Assembly: GCF_011386835.1 (NCBI RefSeq)
Contig: NC_088805.1
Span: 19,468,001-19,532,000 of the forward strand
From: Chrysemys picta bellii
Taxonomy: Eukaryota
DNA length: 64,000 nucleotides
Direction of reading: 5' to 3'
Shown here in pieces: positions 12,426 through 24,605 of the stretch. Numbering within the stretch: the first letter of the stretch is position 1; each line of letters begins with the position of its first letter. The translations under genes were made by a program, and so were the position numbers. Below the pieces are notes generated by a model. The model had not been told where the DNA came from. It did not search any database and was given only the letters and a program-made list of their open reading frames with translations.

Positions 12426-14404
12426 TAAAAGAAAGGAATAGGTAGTTGTGCTATGCATCACCAATAACTTGGTGCCAGAAATATATACACTCATTTGAGT
12501 CAGTAACAGATTTATGCAAACAGTAGCTACCGTGCATCAAATACTCAAAATATTTTCTATCAGTAGGGCACTAAGGTGGATAAACACTCAGTTAATCTTC
12601 CTTCACCTTCTCTCCCCATATTCCAAAGCAATTTCCCCACTAGAAGAAGAGTTTGGTGAAACAAAACAAAGAAAATCACTCAGTCAATATTGCTGCATGC
12701 TGTGTGCCATAGGCAGGTACAGTAGGCTTGTTAGGGATACACTGGAGGGAAAAAATACGAATTTTATATCTCTACAGATCCTGAAATTAATTTTAAAAGG
12801 ACTTTTTAAAACCATCCTTTCCTACTTATAGTCAAATGGTCAGAAGGAAAATAACGTACTATAATCAAAGCTCCCACTACCTGCTGCGAACCATGATTAC
12901 TCCAATAAGTCATGTGGCTTCATCCATCCACTCTACAGCCATCACAAGCAAATGAAGTAAAGTCGTGCTTAGTGGGTCTGATTCTCAGCTGCTCCATTCC
13001 TGCACTCGGAGCAGAGAATGGGTGAGGGGACAAAGTCGTCTTTAAACCAACTTTGTATTTCTCACGTGCTGGGGCCATGATCTAACCAGCCCCCAGAGCA
13101 GTCTCAGGGCCTTCTATGGGCCCTGGGAAAGAGCAAATCACCGTAGTGCAGTGCCATATCCGATCTGCCTCCTATGCTGGGAGCAGGGCCATCAGAGACA
13201 CCATACTCCAGTTCTACACTAGCTGGAGAGGCTCCCTGCCCAGCCAGTAGTCTTGGAGGCCATTTCCACTCACTGAGGGTCACACTATGATGACAGAGTT
13301 ATGTAAAGGAGCCCTGGTGTAACAGAGAAGACCCAGTGAGAGGCAAGTACCACTAACCATTCAGGAGATCTGGCACCCTGATATATTTCAGAGTGAAATG
13401 CACAGAACAAAAGAATAATTTCCCTCTCTCCAACTGGAGATAAGCCCTCTCCCAATTTACATCTCCTCCAGAAACAGATGCTGACTGCAGGTGATCTAGA
13501 GGCTAACCCGGAGGATGCATCTCTTTTCATTCACACAAACACAGGTCTGACAACTGGATCAGCAGAGTTTGAGCAAACCCAAGTCTCTATAGCACCAAAC
13601 TGGAGACCAGGAAGATCTGATGAACATTCCAGTCTCTTGCTCACCCAAAGCAGGGACTGAAACTCGTAACGGTAGAGGATGGTACACTGCGTCATTTAGC
13701 AGCATATCTGTTAGTAGCTCTTGGCGCAGCACTGACTACGTTTAGAAGGAGCCCCTCCTTGGCTGGAAGGACCATGGCTTCAGTGCTGTGGCTGGACAGC
13801 GTAGTGACAGGGGTACAGACAAGAGAATGCAAAAAAGTGTTCTTTGGATTACAGAGAATTTCTTATAGGAGAGAGTGGGTGTGTGTAAAATACAATTCAT
13901 ACCTATCCAAAGGGAACGGCAGCACTCTAACATGTGCCATCAGCCGAAGTCACTCACAGTAGCACATGGAGATGATCTCGGGCAACCGTTCAAGCAGACT
14001 GGGTCTATGCCAAGGAATGCTGTCGGCCCATTCAGGTTAGGATGTTAGCTGCCTACCAAAAGTTGAAGTTCTGGAACTCTAAATGGGCAGACGCTGTGGA
14101 TTGGAGGTATGGCAATGCTTGGGATTAGAGTACAATGTGGGACAGAAGACAGGTTTATCTGGCATGACTGTATATAGCATCACAACACTGTCTCCTCTGA
14201 TTTACTGATTGGCTGCAGAACCGCACTTCCTCAAGTACTGTGTGCACATGTTCGGGGGTGGGGGAGAGACAGAGGGTGGTGATATGGGGGCACATATCAA
14301 CTTGAGGCTGTACTTAAACATAGCAGGTGCTACAATAATTTAAAAAAAAAGTGTGATGGTGCAGTCAATAGCCTGTACTAGTGTGTGCACAGCCTGGAAA
14401 GGGA

Positions 14405-14650
14405 AAGGTGGTCTGTGTAGATAAGGTGCAGGACTGGGGAACCAGGACTCCTGAGGTCTCCTCCCAGCCAGTGCCACTGACTCACCGCAGGACCTTGGGC
14501 AAATCCCTTAATCTTGTTGTGCCTCAGTTCCCTCATCAGAACAGGGATAATGATACGGAGCCACTTCATATTTGAATTTGGGGCAAGAGGCTTATTCCAT
14601 CAAGGCTTATAAAGCACTTTGATCCCCTAAGGATGGAAGGCGCCACCCCT
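14405..14650 (+). mobile_element. MIR-like CORE-SINE
   Basis: GGACTGGGGAACCAGGACTCCTG..GACCTTGGGCAAATCCCTTAATC..GTGCCTCAGTTCCCTCATC..AAAGCACTTTGA. Confidence 0.75.
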
Positions 14651-17600
14651 GTGATTGGTGTATGAAGTACTAAATTGTCCCATTTACACCTGACAGGATC
14701 CTGATTGGCTACATGTGCTTTAAACAGCTTAACCCCAAACCACAACAGATGCCAAGAAAACAAACTCAGCCCCAACCCGCCACCCGGTCTCCAAAGTTGA
14801 AAAGAGCGAGAGGATTCCAAATGGCTGAACTATGACAGGCAAATGTATTTTTAACAGATTCTGGTTCTATAAATATTACAAAGCTTTTTGCTCTTTGGAG
14901 GCTGCTCTGTTCCCAGGGCTGCTGACATTACTGTGACACTTAGGAGGCCTGGGCATTGCCGCGCTGCCTTTCCTATGCCGGTTTTGTTCAAGGGATCAGA
15001 GAGACATAAGACGACACAGGGGCTGCTTATTCAAACTCTACTCACTCGCTGACCCACTGCTCATGCGGGAGTTGGGAGCACAAAGGGGCTCTCCATGTCA
15101 AGTGTGCAGGCTGCTGCTGTCTCCAGGGCTGTGGAATGCATGTAAATTCAAAGGGACTTTAACCCTGAGGTGCCACCAGCAAGGGAAGAGGCAAGTTTGC
15201 TTAAGGAAGAGGTGGGTGGGTTTTTCAGGTTGGATCTTTCCACTTACACGTTCCACACAATGCAAAGATTGTCCTTCTCCACAATGGGATTCTGTATTGG
15301 GTTTCTTGTCTCCTCTCTCTTTTTCAAGCTCCTCTCTCCCGTGCCCTCTCCCCCTCCCCGTTCTCTCTCCACCAGAGACTCTTGCCAGCAAAGCTGCATG
15401 GCAGGCGTGCACCATGAATGGCACTCAACTGGCACACTCCCCAGATGCTGACATCACCTCTGCTAATGCCCTCAGCCTCCACTGAGTTGGGATCCAAATC
15501 CTGCTTCTAAAACTCTGATCTTCTAATTTGCAGCCTGCTGCCTCCATCCCAGCTCTGGTTTAATCTGTATTGATTCCTTTATTAAGAGGTGGGACAGTAG
15601 TGCAGCAGGAGACTGCTTAGAAAGAGACTGCTTAGGAGAGGACCTCCTAGGCCAGATTACATAAAACAGCAGCGCACACCTAGGCTCATTTTAGCATTGG
15701 AAAGTAATCCCCCCCCCCAACCTTCCTCCCCTCCCCCCACACCTCTGCCTCTTGCCAAAACCTGAACCTTGATATCCCATCTGTTTATGAGCTAAAAAAT
15801 ATGCTTCCTGCATATTTAAGCACATTTCAAATGCTCAGATAACACCGTGGTCAGGGCCACAAGTACGGTGACAGACAGATGTAACACACTAACCTTTAAG
15901 ATATATTTTTTTAATACAAGTCAAGATGATGAATTTTTATTAGATATTTCAGCTTTTGGTTTAATTTGTGGTGAGCGACTGTGGAAACATCCTTGTTCCA
16001 TTTCAACTAGAGCTATGCAAAATTAAGGACTCCCCCCCCCCACACACACACACCCCTCATGATGTTTGATCATAAACGGAAGCTGACTAGATTCCTATCT
16101 TCCTCCAACCAGTAGAGAATGTTCATAAAGTACTGGTTCTTTTGCAAAGTCTGCAGTGAAATGACCAATGCCCTGGATCCTGCACATGCCTATAAGGTGC
16201 TTAAACTTAATCACATGAGTAGTTCCATTAATCTCCTCATCTATTGCAGGATTGGGGCCCAAGGTATCATATGCAATGTGAAGAGAGAGAGTGTTTTCCT
16301 TTGAACTTGAATCCTCCATAACAATGCAGAGCACGCTATACTTTTTAAATTCTTGCTCTTTCAAAAAAAAAAAATAATAAAAAGTTTTTTTAAACAATAG
16401 CTGTGTCTTTTCTGTTCACAGTACAATTACTTCTCCTACTGCAACGGGGGGGGGGGGGGGGGCGGGCGGAGAAGATATGTCCCACTGTGACAGTTTGGCT
16501 GGCACAAGCCAATGAAAATGGATTTGTTTGGATTCTTTAAAGATTTCTTCCCCCCCCCATCTGACATTTAATGTATCAGTTGACACAGTAAATGGATTTT
16601 GAGATTCACAAGGAGAAGAGAATCACCGTAAACGTGCATCCCTTAATAGGATTCTCCCAGAGAAATAACAACCCGCACCAAGCAGCTGCCTGTCAAGTTT
16701 TGTAATACAAGGAGACTTCAGAGCATGATAACTGTAGTTATTTAACCTTTTGTCAAAAAATCCAAAACCCCTGAATATCCAACAACAATAAGTGCAATCT
16801 ATAAAGGCTTCAAGTCAACACACTTTTTATAAGCAGATTTGTAAGGTAATAAATTTTCTGTGACTTAACGATCAGTGTTGGCTATGAAAGCCAATGTTGT
16901 AATTCCCAATTGATTGTAGATGTTAATCTTGGGAGACTCTTGTTCTTATGCTGTGATTTATTAGGTGAATTAATGACAGATTGCACAGTTTAAAGCGGGC
17001 TGCTGTTTTACACAATATCTCAGGAAGCTCTGTCCAACTGAGTCACAGCAAAGAAGGGAGGAGGGGCTATTGTGCAAGGTGAAACTGCTTCAGATACCTG
17101 AGCTAATTGGTCACATATTGAACTTTGAAATGTAGCACCAATTGCCTAACAATTAACCCTATGACTGAACACTAGGAAAGATGAACCTCTGCCATGCTTA
17201 GGAATTACACCTAGTTCTGCATGTAATTCATCCACTTAAGAGAGCTCTGCTTTCCATGGAAACTAGTGTAAGATTTGCCCTGCCTGTCTGGGCTGGAGGC
17301 CTGGGGAATGATACCCTAACAGAGTCTGTTTTCCTTCTCCCCCTTCTTTGTTGGTGTTACTGGTTGGCTGTCTAATGTTCCTGAGCCTTATTTTCAGTAA
17401 CAACTATTGTATTAGTCCGGAGAATACCAGAGACTTAAATCCATCCCTTACAAGGGGTCTCAGTAACAACACAGACTACTTGGGTGAAATTCTCAGCCTC
17501 ATTTTTCTCCTTTGTATTGCTTCAGTAGCACAAAGACAATACGATCTGGTTGCAGCTGGTCAGTGGAGAACACCTCTGGCAGAAGGAAATTCTCAACTGG

Positions 17601-18400
17601 CATAAAGCCAAGCCAGCTCCTACATCAACTGCCATCCCAACAAGGGCGTGTGCTAGGGGAGGGATGGAACAGAACATAGGGCAAATCTCAGCTGGCAAAT
17701 GGTTCCTAATTTATGCCAAGAACCAGAGCAGTTTGAGAATCTAGGAGCTATTACAGGCTCCCTGACATCCCCTATTCCTCTTCTACACTGAGTGCATCTT
17801 GATGCAGGAGAGATTCTGCCACAAATAAGCTTCTAACAAGTTGGAAGAATGACAGGCCTTTTGTTACACTGTAGGTTATGAACTGTGATGCTGGGATGAA
17901 CTCAGACCTTTTCCTGTCAACTGTGCCATCAAAATACAATGCAGAGTTGAGACCAGAAGTTGTGAATTAGCGGAAAAACTACTCAATTACAAAGAAGGAG
18001 TTTTAACTTTGGTGCAGGAGACCACGTTTCCTATAGCAAACAGCTTTGTCGTTTGCTTTTTAAAAGCCTGTCTCTGGTGTTATCCTTCTGCTTTGCAGTG
18101 GATCTGAACTTGCTTGGCAAATGCATCTTCCTTTGGAGGTATTTCCCGCACTGCAACTAAAAGTGTTACCAGTTCCTGCTGAACCACTGCTTTACATGGA
18201 GAGTGGCTCTTTCCTCCTCCTTGTTCCTGATTAGCAACAGTATTATACTAGGGCTCTAAAGGTGAGCTTAGTATTTTAAAAAAGGAGACGGAGGATGGGT
18301 GAGCCTTGCATGGCTGCTTCATAACAGGTGTAATTCACCTCTAAAGAGTCATATCGAGTCCCTGGGTTCACTGCTGTGATCAGTTATAAAAATTGGCCCT

Positions 18401-18413
18401 CGCCATCTGCTGG
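18401..18413 (-). promoter_or_regulatory. CTCF core motif
   Basis: Minus strand CCAGCAGATGGCG matches the CCASYAGRKGGCR consensus. Binding is not shown. Confidence 0.5.
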
Positions 18414-19247
18414 TGGTCAAACTCCATGATGTGGCAATCAATTACAGCTGTTATCTAGTCCCAGTTTAGACAGATGTTCCTCTCTTTCACTGTACAGTAA
18501 TTACTGGTTGGCTGCCAGCAGGCTTCACACTTCAGCTGTGATGCTAATTTGAAACAAAGAGGAAGAGACAAAGATGGAGAGACAGACAGACAGGGAAAGG
18601 GGAAAGCTAAAATGGCTTTGGTAGTTCGAGTCTCAATGGATTGAACATTTCTTTACAGACAATGGGAGGAATAAGGCAACCAGTCACCCAAGCAAGATAG
18701 AAAGAGCCAGTAGGGCACCATCCAAACACAAAATGCCCCTGACAGAGAGACAGGGAAAAACCTCATATTTTATTTTATTGTCTTAAGGTTGCAAAGTCTC
18801 TATACAAGTTAGAGGAAGCTCTACTTCTGCAAAAGCCAGTTTGGGGTTAGATCAACTATTGGTCTGCCCTGAATGACGTATCTAAAGAAACACCAAGAAA
18901 CAGGATGACTGCTTTTGGAGAAAGGACCCAAGGACACAAGGTTGTGGACATCTGCAGAGCAGCCAACTGTCTGTCATAAGACGAGTGTGGCCTGCCGAAA
19001 GCCTGGAGGGGCCTAGCTATCTGACAGAGAAAAGTCAACGATTTGAAAGTAAAACTGTAGAAATTAATTGCATCTGTCATAGCATTCTTTATCTTCACAC
19101 TCTGCTACTGCCTAACTTGACTACATGATTTCTGCTGCTCTTAAAAACAGCTAAGAGTGGCCTGTTCTTCACATTTGCCTTAATGCTTATACACTGGTAC
19201 TTCCCTTTATCCAACTCATCTCCTTGGCATTTAGGTAACTCACTCAC

Positions 19248-19325
19248 CATCATTCAAGCTTTGCCATACTTCCTGTGCTATCTTACCAAAGACAAATGCC
19301 ACCCCTTTAAATCTGTTCCGTATAA
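19248..19325 (-). other. Candidate symmetric exon (78 nt; IRNRFKGVAFVFGKIAQEVWQSLND)
   Basis: Acceptor ATTGTGTTTCTGGTCAG, donor ATG|GTGAGT, open phase-1/phase-1 frame. Confidence 0.22.
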
Positions 19326-19591
19326 CTGACCAGAAACACAATCTGACTATGATCCCACAAAGCTTTTCCCTGCTTTCCTTTCACCATGCTCCTGACTGCC
19401 AAGCCATAACTGCTGAAACTCCCCCCCCCCCCCCCACACACACACTCATGCCCCTTTCAAAGACCGCCAAACCAGCTCCAGCAGACGATCGATTTGAGGC
19501 CATGACCACGGTGCTCTTTACATGTTTAACACCAGCGGTTCCCCCTACTCAAATTCCACCTAATGAATGAATCTCTGGAGTCAGTGGGTGC

Positions 19592-19604
19592 TGACCTCTG
19601 ACCT
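19592..19604 (-). promoter_or_regulatory. Perfect DR1 nuclear-receptor element (AGGTCA-G-AGGTCA)
   Basis: TGACCTCTGACCT on the plus strand, in unique sequence. Confidence 0.45.
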
Positions 19605-20181
19605 CTATCTCCACCAGTGAGCACTTGTTAAATGTAAAGCAATCTCTCCAACTGTCACCAATGCTGAACAGGTCATTACTATGCCTAGTGATTGATTACA
19701 TTTCCCTAAGTTGCATCCAGAAGGGAGGCAAATCCACATTCTATAAAAGGGGAGAAAGATCCGAGACTGACCCAGACAGCTGTGCAGAAACTAGACTTAT
19801 TTTAAGTAGAAAGAGTCTCAGACCAAAACCCCAGGTTCAAAACTGCCCCATTTGTTGAGGTGTCTGAAATCTGAATCTAGACTGGAATTCAAGCTGCTTT
19901 CAGAGTGCAGTACCCCAAAACGCCTTACACGTTTGAAATGCAATAGGACCTTCTTACAACAAACTCAGCTGGACTCAAACCCATTGATAGTAAAATGTAG
20001 AGAAAGTCTCATCTTGCTTTAGTGTTTTTGATGGACTTTTCATATCGCTCGCAGTGAGATTTCTCTCCAACATAAGCAAGTTCCAGGAAGCTAATCCTCC
20101 TGGAACACAGAAATTGTCATCTACCAGTTAAAAGCCTCATGCCACAGACCAGTCCCCTGCTGCTTTCTCTGCTCAGACGGA

Positions 20182-20390
20182 GGCTATGGCTACATTGGCG
20201 CTTTACAGCGCTGCAACTTTCTCGCTCAGCGGTGTGAAAAAACACCCCCCGGAGTGCAGCAAGTTACAGCGCTGTAAAGCACCAGTGTGAACAGTGCCCC
20301 CAGCGCTGTAAGCTAATCCCCTCGTGGAGGTGGAGTACCTGCAGCGCTGGGAGAGCAATCTCCCACCGCTGGCATGCAACCACACTCGCA
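20182..20390. mobile_element. Harbinger/PIF-type MITE, partial
   Basis: GGCTATGGCTACATT start. The CGCTTTACAGCGCTGCAACTTTCTCGCTCAG..GTGTGAAAAAA core is shared with the 9543 copy. Confidence 0.7.
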
Positions 20391-21311
20391 CTTTCATTTT
20401 GCAGTGTCATCTCTGTGGTTCTTCCAACCCCACCACTTGGCCCATAGGAGACTTGATATTCCATGAACTGGAGTCACACCAGCCCTACCAGTCAGGCAAT
20501 ATTCAGCTGGCTTCAGAGATATTAGGGTCAAATAGCCAAAGGAGAAGAGCTTTCGATTAACCCTTTTCTGGTATCAGTCATGTCCCAGTAAGCCGCAATA
20601 CACCATGAATAATGATGGGCTCAGGGATTTCCCCCCCCCCCCCATCATTAGTAATTATCTTGCGCATCTTTGCCAGCAGCATTTCACAAAACAAGACTTC
20701 AAGACAAACTGCATTGGCTTTTGAACCATATCCCACAGCAAGAATAACCTTCAATTCTAATTAAAGGCTCCTTCACTCACAACACGGAAAGTCTATTACA
20801 GCTGCTTTGTCACACGGCATTATCATTTCCACTTACTTAGCACATCACTCAACAGACAGAGAAAGCAAGGCCCCTAGCCTAGCTCTCTCCAGGGCTGACT
20901 AGGCCTCGGGATGCTGAAAGTAATTAAGGCCTAACCAGCATAGAGGATTTTTTTTTTTTTTTGGATGAAGCCCAGCTGCCAAAACTTTAATTCCTTTTTA
21001 CAGGATCAGAGCTGAAATGTTTGAAATAATTTCTTAACCAAACAAAAGAGGCTGTTGAAAAGAATAACATTGTGACAGCTGCTGGGAAAGTCACTGATGG
21101 GTGAAAACGTTGGTCACACTGCAGATCCTGTTCCCTTCACTGGCTACGGGAAGGAAATCATTTTTATATCCTGAACAGAAGTGTGGGCTTTTTGTTTTTG
21201 CACTTAAAAAAAAATCATTCTAAAGTAGCCCAGGTTCAGAATGCTCCGTTTCTTCTAAAGCTCCAAGTTTTGAGCCGGCTTTACATCAATGGATATTAGA
21301 AAGGAAGGACC

Positions 21312-21800
21312 GCCCAGGGGTTAGGGAGCTAGCTTTGCACTTGGGAGACCTGCTCTGCCATAAGCTTCCTGTGTGACTTTAGGCAGCTCACTTAGGGCAG
21401 GTCTGCACTTAAAACACTGCATTGGTGCAGCTACACCGATGCAACTGCGCCGCTGTAGCACTTTAATGAAGATGCTCTCAGAGAGCTCTCCCATTGGCAT
21501 AGTTAATCCACCGCCCCGAGAGGCAGTAGCTTTGTTCCCGCCAACATAGCGCTGTCTACACGGGGGGTTAGGTTGGTGTAAAGACGTCGCTCAAGGGTGT
21601 GGATTCTTCACACCCTGAGCATCATAGTCATACTGATATAGGTCTGCAGTGTTCACCAGACTTGAGTGTCTCTCTGCTCCAGTTCCCCATCTGTAGAGTC
21701 AGTATAAACCTACCTTGCAGAGTGTTCTGAGGATAAATACATTGAAAGATCTTGAAATATTCAGATTCTGTGGTAATGGAAGCCATTTAAGTAACCTACA
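21312..21800 (+). mobile_element. MIR-like CORE-SINE split by the 21395-21661 MITE
   Basis: GGGAGACCTGCTCTGCCA..GTGTGACTTTAGGCAGCTCACTTA on the left and CAGTTCCCCATCTGTAG on the right of the MITE. Confidence 0.7.
21395..21661. mobile_element. Harbinger/PIF-type MITE inserted into a MIR-like SINE
   Basis: TTA then GGGCAGGTCTGCACT; degenerate right end AGTGTTCACCAGAC then TTG. MIR-like sequence resumes immediately after it. Confidence 0.75.
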
Positions 21801-23474
21801 TAGATATTAATGATCACATTAGCTAAAACATGAATTGGGATACATTATTGGGTAAGATAATAAACTTGCATTAAATGGGTAATTCATTCTCCCCACACAT
21901 TTATTTTAAAGTGATACGAGTCTCTTTCCAGCACTGGTATCCCTCACTCTCTCTTCAAGACAAAGGGCTTTGCCAATGATAAGCTTAATGATAGAACCAT
22001 TTGCTTCCATCCATACAAATCCCTCCCTACAGACACTTCCCCAGAGCCAGAAATTAAATGGAATTTCAAATGAAATTAAGTTTAATTATGTATACTTAAT
22101 GTCAGCTATGAGTTTTAAAAGAACCAGGTCTGTGCAACATCTGTTCAATAAAATACTCCATGGTGCTAAAGAAAATGTTTTAGTTACGAGTGAAAAATGC
22201 CATTCCCTGTCTTTAGCTAGCCATCTGTAAAAGTACCCCAATATATACATATCCACCAATGATGATATATGTTTTTTTCACATTTTCTTGCCCATCATTC
22301 CCCAGTAGTGCTGGATGGAGGTCTGGAGGGAATTAACCTTCTTGCCCAAATTACCTGTCACCCTGAGCCACCGCTAGGGCAGGAAACAGCAACAGTGAGG
22401 AGTCTCCAAATAAAGACTTCCAGAGCACCAGTCCTGCTGCAGCAGCATCTTCAAAGGCTGTCTCAGGTGTAGCTCCTACCCTCTATCACTCCTGGGTGAC
22501 AGACACAAAGACCCTAGAAGTCCTATGTTAAACGTGGCCAATCAGAGCCCAAAGATTCAGGGCAAGTATCTTCAGGAAGCAACTGACTGAGGCTGCAGGA
22601 TGTGAAGAGAAGACTCTGGCCAGGCATATGACTGGATGGGTGATAAGAAACAGAAGAGGGTGGACTGTCTGGAGTGGGGCAAAGGAAATTAATTTGAAGG
22701 GGAAGTTGGGAAGCTACTGAGAATGAAAATCTGAGAGATGAGAGGCAGAGGGAAAAGGAGAAAAGGATTACGAGAAAAGGTAGCGAGGCGGAAGGAGGGA
22801 TAGGTTTAAGGCTTGATCCAGACCCCACTTCAATGGGAGTCTTTCATTGACTTCAGTGACCTCTGGATGATGTCCATGGAGAGAGGAAGGGTAGGAAAAT
22901 CTTTTGAATGGAGAAGTCTGAAGGAATACATAACACCATGAAAACGAAGGGGAATAATGTAAGGAAAAATAACCAGCCATGTATTAATGAACCAGAGAAG
23001 AAAACATATCTTGGGAGAAAGGAGGAAAAAGAAACAGTGAAAATCCATGTGATAAATCAATTATCCTCAGGGAAGGCTGGAAAAAAAAAAAAAAGTCTGA
23101 GGAAGTGATGCAACCAGATACAGAAATGGGAGACAAAGGGAGAGAGAGAGAAAGAAAGAAAGAAAACTAAAAATGAGAGATACACCTAGTAAGTTAGCCT
23201 TCCATGTAAAATGGCCAAGAGACACTTTGATTGAAAACATGGTTGGGATGAGCCATATTGAAACAAGAACCAGAAGCCTTTTTGGGGAAGGGGCTGCAGA
23301 GGTTCTCCCAGAGGGTCTCCATCAGACCCAGATGAAAAATGCGAGAAAAAATATTTACACTTGTTCCCATTTTTCCTGAAAAAACTTGAAATTTTGAAGG
23401 AAAATTAAATTTCAAATAATTCTGGCCAGCTCTTCCTCCAAGAAATGAACTTCAGCTATGTTAGTGAGTAAGGA

Positions 23475-23680
23475 TGGTCCAGGGGTTAGGGTGCTGGGAA
23501 AACCTGGGTTCAAGTTCCTGTTCCTCCACATCCTTCCGCTTAGTCTGTCTCTCTCAGTTCCTCATCTGTAAAATGGGAATAACCACACTTCCCTACTGCA
23601 CTGAGGTATTGTGAGAATAAACACATTAAAGCCTGTGAAGTGCTCAAATATTATGGTGATGGGGGTCATGTAAGTACCAC
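23475..23680 (+). mobile_element. MIR-like CORE-SINE
   Basis: ACCTGGGTTCAAG..CTCAGTTCCTCATCTGTAAAATGGGAATAA..GTATTGTGAGAATAAA. Confidence 0.75.
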
Positions 23681-24544
23681 ACCATAGATATATTAGCAAA
23701 AGAATACCTCATGTTCTATTGCATACCACTTTTACTTTCATTCCACTACCACTGGCTGAATTTCAAGTCCCTCCCCCCCAAACAAAAAGTTACCTTTGCC
23801 CCAGTCATCACTCACAATAACCGTGGGCCACGATTAAAAATATTCCAACACATTATGGGAGCTCATGAGAGTCCCTCAAATTGTGTTTGGCCTTGTACAG
23901 CTGTGGGACCAGAGTATTTAAAGAATCAGGCCTTAAGATATTCATGTGTGAACAGACACTCTGTTAGGATCAATAAGCTTCTCCTTTCTGATTCAGTTAC
24001 TGGCACAGTCCTATGCAGTATAAACAAAATGTTTGCGATCGTCACAAGCACAGGGTTTGTGAATTGATCATAGGGAGCAGACTGCACACAAAGGAGAAAG
24101 ATTCTATTTAAACAAGTATCTTAGAAACCCATAGTTACAGAAAAGGAAATAAGAAAATAGCGACAGCTTAATTGGGATTTGGTAAGATCAAAGTTTGCCT
24201 GAACACAGCAGCAGCCACTCTAAATTCTGCTGTTATGTCAGCATGCGGCTGCGCAGATATCTCCTAGCTACCCCTGCTGAAACTCACTATGGTGGGTGAG
24301 CAAGTTTCACTTTCCCCTCCCAGCCCACAGGAGGGCAGCTGGGCCAGAAGGAAAGTGAAACGTTTAGTCCGTTTCACTTTGAAGTCCTGGTGTCTAGGCA
24401 TCACAGCAGATTGGGAAGGGAAGTGCCTGTAGGAAAGAGGCAAGGAAGGAGAAGCGAAGGAGGAGAAAGAAGAAAAAGGCCAGGAAAGGAAGACTATTGC
24501 CCCTCTCTCCTCCTAAATAATACACTCCACCTATTGCTCTCCTT

Positions 24545-24605
24545 CAGGTTTTAGAGTGGTAGCCGCGTTAGTCTGTATCAGCAAAAACAACGAGGAGTCC
24601 TTGTC
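24545..24605 (+). mobile_element. Short fragment of the same Penelope-like terminal repeat
   Basis: AGAGTGGTAGCCGCGTTAGTCTGTATCAGCAAAAACAACGAGGAGTCCTTGT matches the start of the 54315 element. Confidence 0.6.

Noticed and set aside
13680-13745. LRHLAAYLLVALG resembling the N-terminus of acidic ribosomal protein P2
   Set aside because: The similarity stops after about 12 residues, with no rest of the protein and no poly-A or TSD of a retrocopy.
16878-16894. NFI palindrome TTGGC..GCCAA
   Set aside because: The spacer is 7 nt rather than the canonical 5.
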